A DNA stretch of 51,106 nucleotides from positions 1-51,106 of the IMG/VR virus record IMGVR_UViG_3300048599_000152; one strand, 5' to 3'. Below the pieces are notes generated by a model. It was not told the origin of the DNA. It did not search any database and was given only the letters and a program-made list of their open reading frames with translations. Positions 29,427 through 36,765 of the stretch are shown piece after piece. The position numbers and the translations under genes were made by a program. The stretch comes from a virus (lineage: Duplodnaviria > Caudoviricetes). Position 1 is the stretch's first letter; each line of letters begins with the position of its first letter.

Positions 29427-29549
29427 GGCCGGCCTCGCGTGTCGTCTGGGGCCCCGTGAGTCACCGTGAGGCCCACGCGATCAGCAGGCCGAGGGCGAGG
29501 TCCACGCAGTAGAACAGGCCGACGCCGGCCATGATCCACCAGAAGACGC

Positions 29550-30197
29550 TCACGTACCCACCAGTCCGAGCAGGTGGCCGACGAGGCCGTAGTCCGTGGC
29601 GTTCTCGTCCACGTAGGAGTTGCGAGCCCGCGTCAGCGCGGCCTCTTCCTCCGCGTCCATCGGCACCTTGAAGGAGCCCCAGCACAGGGCGCTGGTGCCG
29701 GCGTCAGCCGCGCCGCCTTCGCGATCCAGCCCCACGCTGTCGGGCAGGTCGAGGTCGTCGGCCAGGGCAAGCTCAATCTCGGCGTCGGTGAAACCGGTTA
29801 GCGACAGGTCGAAGTCGTCGAGGCCGGCCAGCTCGCCCAGCTCCAGCGCCAACAGGGACTCGTCCCAGAGCGCGTCCTGCCCGGAGCGGTTGTCCATGAG
29901 GCGGTACGCCTGCGCCTGGGCAGCGCTCAGGTGGCCGGCTACCGTCACCGGCACCTGTTCCAGACCGAGCCGCTTGGCGGCGGCCAGCCGGGTGTGGCCG
30001 GCGATGACCACGCCCTTGCCGTCCACGACGATGGGCTGCTGCCAGCCGAACTCGCGGATCGACGCGGCCACCTTCTCGATGGCGGTGTCGGGGATGATGC
30101 GCGGGTTGGCGTCGTAGGGGTGCACGTCCGCGATGGGGGTCAGCGTGACGGTCATCTTCTTTTTGTAGGCCGCATCTTCGACCGGGGCGCTCGTCAC
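29550..30197 (-). CDS. ParB/Srx N-terminal domain protein
   Basis: PYDANPR, SIREFGWQQPIVVD, IAGHTRL, YRLMDNR. Confidence 0.88.
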   Translation of the reverse strand: MTSAPVEDAAYKKKMTVTLTPIADVHPYDANPRIIPDTAIEKVAASIREFGWQQPIVVDGKGVVIAGHTRLAAAKRLGLEQVPVTVAGHLSAAQAQAYRLMDNRSGQDALWDESLLALELGELAGLDDFDLSLTGFTDAEIELALADDLDLPDSVGLDREGGAADAGTSALCWGSFKVPMDAEEEAALTRARNSYVDENATDYGLVGHLLGLVGT

Positions 30198-30778
30198 GCC
30201 GTCTCCTTGCCGTTGCCGTGGTAGGTGTAGAAGCCCTTGCCGTGCGCCTCGATGTCGTGGCCGGCGCTGCGCAGTCGGGCGACGCACCGAGTGACCTGTC
30301 GATTCGTGATGGCGTCGGCCAGCCCGATCAGGTGGAGGCGCTCGTCGGGGCGCTGGCGCAGGACCTCGAGGAGGCGCTCGGTGATGGCGGCGTAGTGGCG
30401 GCTGCTGCCCCTTCTGGGGCTGTGGGGCCCCCCGTGGGTGTACGTCGAGCCGCCGCAGGGGTCGCATATCGCCCCGTCGTTGTCGCGCCTCAAACGCGCC
30501 CCACACGCGGTGCAGAATCGCGGGCCCGGTCGACCGGCGATGTGGTACTCCTTGCTGAGCCGGTCGTAGGTGACGGCGTAGCCGGTCGCCCTCATCCGCG
30601 CCAGCTCGGCGCGTATCACGGAGGGCTCCAGCTCAGCCGCCTCGGACAGCTCAGCTAGCGTCATATCTCGCCACTCCAGTGCGTCCGCGATCCGGCGCTG
30701 TCGGGTGATGGCCCCGAAGGCCCCGGTGGGCGTCCCGGAAAGGATGCTGCCGGCGCTACGGGTGTGGTTCGTTGCCAT
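30194..30778 (-). CDS. wHTH - zinc finger - wHTH regulator (candidate late-gene regulator)
   Basis: HTH, CTAC...CDPC, second HTH; heads the morphogenesis run of genes. Confidence 0.6.
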   Translation of the reverse strand: MATNHTRSAGSILSGTPTGAFGAITRQRRIADALEWRDMTLAELSEAAELEPSVIRAELARMRATGYAVTYDRLSKEYHIAGRPGPRFCTACGARLRRDNDGAICDPCGGSTYTHGGPHSPRRGSSRHYAAITERLLEVLRQRPDERLHLIGLADAITNRQVTRCVARLRSAGHDIEAHGKGFYTYHGNGKETA

Positions 30779-30854
30779 GCCCGCGACTCTACTGGGGCAA
30801 GGTGGCACACATCGGACAGGCCGAGCTGTGCGTCCCCAGGCGATGTGCTCTATA

Positions 30855-30934
30855 TAGGTCTGGTCCTGTTGTGTTGTGTCCTGTCCGGTACTGTTGCGCG
30901 TAACGTGACGGTGACGTGACTGTAACGTCACGGC
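30855..30934. repeat. 80-bp iteron-like element, copy 2
   Basis: Colinear and gap-free with 9612-9691. Confidence 0.75.
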
Positions 30935-31018
30935 TACCGGCCCGAGCAGGGAAAAGCAGAGGGCCGGCGTGTGGCCGGCCCCCTGTTGATCGCTTGAACG
31001 ACGTGTCGTGGCGCGGGT

Positions 31019-31249
31019 CTACTCGGGCGGCTCGCCCTCACCGATCCAGCCCATCTCCTGCACCCACTCGTCGGGCACTACCCAGTACCCACCGGGCGTC
31101 TTCATCGCCCCCGGCACCTTGCCCGCCTCGCACCAACGCATCAGCGTCTTGCGGTGCACACCCATGCGGTCGGCCGCCACGGTGATGCGTAGCTTCACCG
31201 GCAGTACCCGGCGGTCTGTCTTGCGGCGTTCGTCCGTCATGGAGGTCAT
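31019..31249 (-). CDS. MerR/excisionase-like HTH protein
   Basis: AADRMGVHRKTLMRWCEAGKVP..KTPGGYW. Confidence 0.75.
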   Translation of the reverse strand: MTSMTDERRKTDRRVLPVKLRITVAADRMGVHRKTLMRWCEAGKVPGAMKTPGGYWVVPDEWVQEMGWIGEGEPPE

Positions 31250-31357
31250 CTTCTGCCTTCCTGTACCATGTTGTCAAATGTGGGCTGAGCTGGCGTGGGT
31301 CGTACCAGCAGACGCCCGCCTCCATGAGGGCCTGCTGGAGTCTGTTGAAGTAGCCCA

Positions 31358-31621
31358 TCAGAGGCCGTCCTCGCCGGGGATCGCGAAGTGGACGCCGCGC
31401 TCGCCGAACATGGCGTAGGCGGTGGACTGGAGCGGGCTGGCCGCGAAATCCTCGGCCGAGCCCTCGCCGTACCGCTCGCGGTGCCAGTCGGCGCAGCGCT
31501 CACAGCCGCCGTACCCGGTGTCGCGGTTCGACCACTGGCGCCCACGGACCGACTCGCCGCAGCAGGCACAGCGGAGCCACCTGATAGGCAGCTCCGCGGC
31601 CTTGGCAGTGGGGGCGCTCAT
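31358..31621 (-). CDS. Small zinc-finger protein
   Basis: CACC...QWSNRDTGYGGCERC. Confidence 0.55.
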   Translation of the reverse strand: MSAPTAKAAELPIRWLRCACCGESVRGRQWSNRDTGYGGCERCADWHRERYGEGSAEDFAASPLQSTAYAMFGERGVHFAIPGEDGL

Positions 31622-31881
31622 GCGGCCGTCGCGGCGTAGGCGACCTGCGGGTCGCAGTTGTCCTGGGGAGCGCCCCACGGGCCCGTGGTGGGCGTGAACA
31701 GGGCGCGCATCGCCAGCTCGTTCGTGACCAAGCGGCTCAGCTCCCGGTTGGTCATGTGGAACATCGCGGCGGTCTTGTGCGCCGGCCGGTCGGCCAGCTC
31801 GTTGACTAGGCCCACGAGCCGCCGTCCCGACATCTCAGTCAGGGCAGCGGCGGTCGTGGTTGCTTGGCGGCTAGTCTTCAT
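31618..31881 (-). CDS. Hypothetical protein
   Basis: SD present; coupled to the next gene. Confidence 0.5.
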   Translation of the reverse strand: MKTSRQATTTAAALTEMSGRRLVGLVNELADRPAHKTAAMFHMTNRELSRLVTNELAMRALFTPTTGPWGAPQDNCDPQVAYAATAA

Positions 31882-31920
31882 CTGCGGTCCTCTCTGCTGG
31901 GGGCTGCCTGGTGGGATGGC

Positions 31921-33138
31921 TCAGCCGTTGGCGCCGGTGAAGACGACCAGCCCGTTGCGGTGACGGAGGCCCGTCTCGCCGTTGCCCAGGTCAACCTCGA
32001 CCATGGGGATGCCGCCGTCGTCGCTGTCAGCGGCCTCAGCGGCCGGCTGGGCGGGTGCCGAGAGGGCCGGCGCGGTGCCGGCCCCCGCCTCGTTGATGGC
32101 CGTGATCGCCGTGTTGATGCGGTCCTGCCACCACTTGCTGACCACCTTGGTGTCGACCGTGCCGAGGTCGCTCAGGTCGTAGACCGCGCTGGCCTCGTTG
32201 ATGGCCTCGACCAGCTCGTTGGCGGCTGCCACGCGCTCCTCCTTGGTGGCCTTCGGGCTGCCCATCAGGTCGCGGTAGATGCTCAGGCTCGGCTCGTACT
32301 TGGCGGCCTGCCATGCCTCGGCGTCCCAGCCCATCCGGGCGGCCGTGCGGTACGTCTCGCAGGCTTCGGTCTGGATGGTGTACGTGCCCTTGTCAAGGAC
32401 CGTCAGGCCGCAGGTGTAGACCCGCTTGCCCTTCAGGTTGGTGACCAGCTCGGCTCCGCAGCGCGGGCAGTAGGTCGCGTCGGCGGCCGGCCGCGTGGAC
32501 TCCACCTTCGGGGTCTTGGCGGCCTGCTTGGCGGCCTTCTCCTTGGCGATGCGCTCGGCCTTGATCTTGGCGTTGCCGGCCTTGATGGCCTCGGCGTTGC
32601 GCTCATGGATCGCCCCGATGTGGGCGTTGGCTTCGTCGCGGAGCTTGGCCTGCTCAGCCTTACGGGCTGCCACGTACTCCTGCTCGGTGGCCAGCCTGTC
32701 GGCCTGCAGCCTGTCGAGGCTGGCGTCGACCGCGTTGTCGAGCGCCTCGTCGAGGTCCTCGCTCTCGGTCAGGTCCAGGCCCTCGCTCAGCTCCTCGCGG
32801 TCGGCCTCGAGGAGCGCCTCGCCGGCGGCCTTCATGGCCGTGACCTTGGCCTCGATGTCGGCCTTGATGCTCTCCTCGACCCCGGTCTTGGGGGCGCGGC
32901 GCGGCTTGGAGGCGGTCGCAGGGTCGGCCTTCTCGGCCGTCTCCGTGCCCTCGGGGATGCGGGTCGCCATCAGGGCCTTGGCGGCCTTGGCGTCGACCGT
33001 CAGGCCGTTCGGCTTCAGGTTGACGTACTGCGGGCGGCCGGTCTTGTTGGCCTTGGTCTGGGCGGCGGCGGCTGCGTCGTCGAGGTCGGCGTAGTAGGTG
33101 GTCTTGCTGGTCTTGGCGGCGGCGGTGGTGGTGGTCAC
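31921..33138 (-). CDS. Ala/Lys/Glu-rich early protein with a CxxC motif
   Basis: 405-aa ORF with strong SD, directly behind the TTGACA promoter. Confidence 0.75.
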   Translation of the reverse strand: MTTTTAAAKTSKTTYYADLDDAAAAAQTKANKTGRPQYVNLKPNGLTVDAKAAKALMATRIPEGTETAEKADPATASKPRRAPKTGVEESIKADIEAKVTAMKAAGEALLEADREELSEGLDLTESEDLDEALDNAVDASLDRLQADRLATEQEYVAARKAEQAKLRDEANAHIGAIHERNAEAIKAGNAKIKAERIAKEKAAKQAAKTPKVESTRPAADATYCPRCGAELVTNLKGKRVYTCGLTVLDKGTYTIQTEACETYRTAARMGWDAEAWQAAKYEPSLSIYRDLMGSPKATKEERVAAANELVEAINEASAVYDLSDLGTVDTKVVSKWWQDRINTAITAINEAGAGTAPALSAPAQPAAEAADSDDGGIPMVEVDLGNGETGLRHRNGLVVFTGANG

Positions 33139-33183
33139 GGTGGCTCCTCTCGTTGGGCCGGCGGCCCGTTGCTGGGTGAGTCC

Positions 33184-33213
33184 ACTCTACTCCTACTTGT
33201 GCCAGCTTGTCAA
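33184..33213 (-). promoter_or_regulatory. Leftward sigma70-type early promoter (copy 2)
   Basis: TTGACA-18-TAGAGT on the minus strand. Confidence 0.7.
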
Positions 33214-33478
33214 ATACTTGAGGACCATGCTTCGTTAGGAGGCTGAGCACGTGTCGCCTGCCGAGACGACGTGGCAATGGCCCTCCCGCAGCGGCAGGGC
33301 TCGTGGGATGGGGGTGCCGCTCAGACTCGCTGACCGACAAACAGAAGGCACAGGGCCGACCGGCTTCTGTCGACCTACACGGCCCGGCGCGAGGACGACA
33401 GCGCTAGAAGCGGCGGCTAGTTGCGGGCAGCGGTGCTCAGCCCGATAGACGATCTCGTAGGGGAAAGACAGTCTGCCT

Positions 33479-33507
33479 TTCGCGCACGCTCAGGCTCGTG
33501 ATAGCGT
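33479..33507 (+). promoter_or_regulatory. Candidate cassette promoter (Pc-like)
   Basis: TTCGCG-17-TAGCGT about 55 bp upstream of the first GTTRRRY. Confidence 0.35.
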
Positions 33508-33540
33508 CATATACAGAAGGCGGTTGTCTGTGTCGATGAC

Positions 33541-33571
33541 AAACGCAGACTGTCTAATAGTAGTTAGGCCC
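33541..33571 (+). other. attI-like recombination site
   Basis: GTCTAA-TAGTA-GTTAGGC simple site; GTTAGGCCC is complementary to the R'' of cassette 1 (GGGCCTAAC, 34027-34035). Confidence 0.6.
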
Positions 33572-33607
33572 ACTGGTGAGCGGTAGGCGACGTCCCGGCG
33601 AAGGAGG

Positions 33608-34000
33608 GTGCACATAGTGAGCGGCACGACCCTCTGGGAGTACGCGGTTCTCGCGGCCATTGCCTTCGTCCTGCCTCTCGCGCTCCTCGTCTGCGCCGGT
33701 TTCGCTTCCGGCGGCGTCTCGCCCCGACTGCGCTCCGTCGCGCTCGTGCTGCTCGCAGCTGGCGTCCTCGTGCTCCTGCGTCAGGTGCTGCGCACCGGCA
33801 TCGGCGACCTCATGCCGCTGTTTGCGATCCCGGCGCTGATCGCCGCCGCCGTCCTGTACCCGCTCACGGCCCTGACGCTCGTGCGTTCGGCGTCCGGCCG
33901 CCACGGGCGCCTCACCTCCGCGTCCGCCGCTGTCATCCTCCTCGCAGCGTCGGCGCTCGTGCAGTTCGCTGGGCCGTGGATGCTGACGTCGGGGCAGTGA
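33608..34000 (+). CDS. Cassette 1: 4-TM membrane protein
   Basis: AAGGAGG SD, four hydrophobic segments. Confidence 0.8.
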   Translation: MHIVSGTTLWEYAVLAAIAFVLPLALLVCAGFASGGVSPRLRSVALVLLAAGVLVLLRQVLRTGIGDLMPLFAIPALIAAAVLYPLTALTLVRSASGRHGRLTSASAAVILLAASALVQFAGPWMLTSGQ

Positions 34001-34028
34001 TGTCACACTGCCACGACACCCGCACGGG

Positions 34029-34118
34029 GCCTAACAAGCGCGTCAACCTGACGCGGCCAACGGTTTCTGTAATAACTTGGATCCGCAGCCCGCGCAGGTT
34101 ACGCGCACGACGTTGGAC
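34029..34118 (+). other. attC site 1
   Basis: GCCTAAC AAGCG CGTCAACC TGACGCGG...CCGCGCA GGTTACG CGCACGAC GTTGGAC. Confidence 0.92.
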
Positions 34119-34136
34119 AGACCGGGTCGAAGTTGG

Positions 34137-35483
34137 ATGGGGGGTCCAGTGAAGCAGGATGGTGATGCCGCCGCAGTTGATGCATCGCGGTTGAGCCTCG
34201 TCGCCCTCGCCGCCGCTGTCGGGGCCGCTCTGCTGACTGTCCCATTCGCGGCTGCCCTCATCTCGTCCATCCGTCTCTGGGACTGGAACTTCAGCCGCTT
34301 CTCCGACGGCCTCGTCGGCCTCGGCATGCTGGCGTGGCTGACGCTGACCGCAGCGGCCCTCGTCCTCGGCATCGTGCAGCTACTGCGGCGCGGCCATCGG
34401 AGGCGCATGCCTGTCGCCGCCGCCGCCCTCGGCGCCGCATCTCTGCTCGTCATCGTCCCGCTGGCGATCGCCGCCAATCGAAGCCCCACCTACCGGATCG
34501 AGGCGGGTCCCCCATTGGCGGCGAGCCCCGGCCAGTTCGTCGCCGCCCTGGAGGTGCACGGCTTCCTCGTCACGAGCGCCGACGGTGGAGCCACCTGGAC
34601 CGAAGATGTCCTGGGCTCCTCGCCCAGCCTCCTGATGCCTTGGAGCGTCGCCTTCACTGATCCGCAGCGAGGCTGGGTCATGGGCAGGGACCCAGGCGCG
34701 GTGCTTACTACTACCGATGGAGGCGCGACCTGGGCGTCGTCCAAGGTGCGCGGCATGCGTCTTCTCAACGCTCTCGCCAGCAGCGACGCCCGGCATGTGT
34801 GGGTCGCGGGTCGCCGCACCGAGGACCTGCCGGGCGTCGCTGCCAGCGCCGACGGCGGGGCCACCTGGACGGCGCACGCCGTGCCCGGTCGCGGGGTCCT
34901 CAACTCGATCGCGTTCCCGGACTCCCGCCATGGCTGGGGCGTAGGCCTGGACACCGGCGCATCCTGGCACGGGTACATCGTCGCCACCACGGACGGCGGT
35001 CGGCACTGGCGGACGCAGTTCCGCACAGATTCCAGCAAGATGAGCCTCGGCCGCGTCACCTTCGCAGACGCACGCCACGGGTGGGTCGCCGGCACGCTCT
35101 CGAAGCCTTCGGGCTCCGGCGGCGACGCCGGAGTCATCTTGGCGACGGACGACGGCGGGGCGACGTGGGAGGTCCAGTACGAAGCCCGGCTTCCTCTCTA
35201 CCCCGTGACGTGCGCGGATGCGATGCACGCTTGGGCCGCCGGGCACGACGGCCTCATCATCGCCACGAGCGACGGCGGCAAGTCGTGGCGCGAGCAGCCC
35301 TCGGGCACGAGCCAGCCGCTCCGGGCGATATCCTTCAGCGATTCCCGGCACGGCTGGATCCTCGCTGGGCGCGGGGCCCTCTTGGCGACCGCGGACGGCG
35401 GCGCCAGCTGGACCAAGGTGAAGATGGGGCCGGGTACCTTCGTGATCGACGTCGAAGCCTCGTCGACAGCAGCAGCTCGGTAG
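34137..35483 (+). CDS. Cassette 2: 3-TM anchor plus BNR/Asp-box (YCF48-like) beta-propeller
   Basis: Seven (T/S)xDGGxxW Asp-box repeats; start at 34137 or 34149, after attC1. Confidence 0.88.
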   Translation: MGGPVKQDGDAAAVDASRLSLVALAAAVGAALLTVPFAAALISSIRLWDWNFSRFSDGLVGLGMLAWLTLTAAALVLGIVQLLRRGHRRRMPVAAAALGAASLLVIVPLAIAANRSPTYRIEAGPPLAASPGQFVAALEVHGFLVTSADGGATWTEDVLGSSPSLLMPWSVAFTDPQRGWVMGRDPGAVLTTTDGGATWASSKVRGMRLLNALASSDARHVWVAGRRTEDLPGVAASADGGATWTAHAVPGRGVLNSIAFPDSRHGWGVGLDTGASWHGYIVATTDGGRHWRTQFRTDSSKMSLGRVTFADARHGWVAGTLSKPSGSGGDAGVILATDDGGATWEVQYEARLPLYPVTCADAMHAWAAGHDGLIIATSDGGKSWREQPSGTSQPLRAISFSDSRHGWILAGRGALLATADGGASWTKVKMGPGTFVIDVEASSTAAAR

Positions 35484-35521
35484 CTTCGGGCCGGAGGCCG
35501 ATGGGTGACCGCGAGAGGGCT

Positions 35522-35608
35522 GTCCAACAAGCGCATGGAGCAGAACGCCACACGGTCTGCCGTGAACCGGCAGGTCAGCCGCGTCTGCTCATGCGCGGTG
35601 CGTTGGAC
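35522..35608 (+). other. attC site 2
   Basis: GTCCAAC AAGCG CATGGAGC AGAACGC...GCGTCT GCTCATG CGCGGTGC GTTGGAC. Confidence 0.92.
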
Positions 35609-35677
35609 CGACGGTTGCCCAGCGGCGACGGGAGTCAGGGCACGAGGCGTGCGCGCTGCTAGAGGCCTCCGGAGGCG

Positions 35678-36295
35678 ATGAAGGGAAGCATGGACGAAGA
35701 ACCCACCGGCAACAGCGAGAAGAGCGCGAGGGAGAGGCGCTCGGCTCCCGGGCGCACCATCCTCGAGTACGTGGTCCTCGCGGTCGTCGCGATCGCCGTC
35801 GCACTCCTCATCCAGGCGTTCCTCGTCAAGCCGTACCGCATCCCCTCACCGTCCATGGAGGACACGCTCCTGGTCGGGGACCGCGTGCTCGCCGACCGCA
35901 TCTCGTGGCGCTTCTCCGATCCACAGCGCGGCGACATCGTCGTCTTCCATCCGCCCGGACCGGGGCCTGTGCTCATCAAGCGCATCGTGGGGCTGCCCGG
36001 CGAGACCATCTCGCTGCGGAACGGCGAGGTGTATGTCAACGGCAAGATGTTGGAAGAGCCCTATGTGCGCCGGGTGGATGGCAGCCCCGAGCCCACGGAA
36101 CCGTTCACCACGGGACTCCCTTGGGCGCTCCAGCAGCCTTTTACAGTGCCGGCAGGCAGCTACTTCATGATGGGCGACAACCGCACCGACAGCGGCGACA
36201 GCCGCGACTTCGGGCCCGTCGCGCGCGACCAGCTTGTAGGTCGGGCCTTCGCTCGCTATTGGCCGGTCGGGCGCATCGGCGGTCTGGGCGGATAA
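35678..36295 (+). CDS. lepB: Cassette 3: signal peptidase I (S26)
   Basis: IPSPSMEDTL (Ser), RGDIVVF, IKRIVGLPG (Lys), GDNR..S.DSR.FG. Confidence 0.95.
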   Translation: MKGSMDEEPTGNSEKSARERRSAPGRTILEYVVLAVVAIAVALLIQAFLVKPYRIPSPSMEDTLLVGDRVLADRISWRFSDPQRGDIVVFHPPGPGPVLIKRIVGLPGETISLRNGEVYVNGKMLEEPYVRRVDGSPEPTEPFTTGLPWALQQPFTVPAGSYFMMGDNRTDSGDSRDFGPVARDQLVGRAFARYWPVGRIGGLGG

Positions 36296-36344
36296 TCATG
36301 CTACGACACCGGCGGGGCACAGGCGGGGGGCCGCAGTTGTCGCG

Positions 36345-36434
36345 GTCCAAAAAGCGGATCAAGCTGGCTCGCAGCAGCGCCGGCGGCCTCGCGGGAGGCC
36401 AACGCGCTCGCAGCTTATCCGCGGTGCGTTAGCC
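36345..36434 (+). other. attC site 3 (R'' AAC changed to AAA)
   Basis: GTCCAAA AAGCG GATCAAGC...GCTTATC CGCGGTGC GTTAGCC. Confidence 0.88.
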
Positions 36435-36456
36435 GCACCGGTCCGGGAGGCCCGCC

Positions 36457-36765
36457 ATGACCGATAGGCATGCAGCCATCGTCCCCGTTGACTCGGCTCG
36501 GCGGCATGTTTCGACCTGGCAACTGACTGCCGCAGCAGTCTGCCTCATCGCAGGCTACTGGCTCATGGCGTTCGCTACCGACAGGGCGTGGCTGTACCTG
36601 CCGAGCGTTGTCCTGCAGGCTCTTGCCGTCGGCCTGCCCGTCCGGGCGCTCACCAGGGACCAGAAGAGGTGGCCTTGGACCGCGATCCTCGTCGCGGAGG
36701 GCGTGGTGGCACTACTCACTATCATCGACCTGTTCTTCGCGGCGCTGTTCTCGTGGGGCGGCTAG
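36457..36765 (+). CDS. Cassette 4: 3-TM membrane protein
   Basis: GGAGG SD, three hydrophobic segments, stop codon inside the R'' box. Confidence 0.8.
   Translation: MTDRHAAIVPVDSARRHVSTWQLTAAAVCLIAGYWLMAFATDRAWLYLPSVVLQALAVGLPVRALTRDQKRWPWTAILVAEGVVALLTIIDLFFAALFSWGG

Noticed and set aside
33251-33448. 65-aa ORF with an AGGAGG SD upstream of the array
   Set aside because: No recognisable protein features or high-GC codon pattern; not called as a CDS
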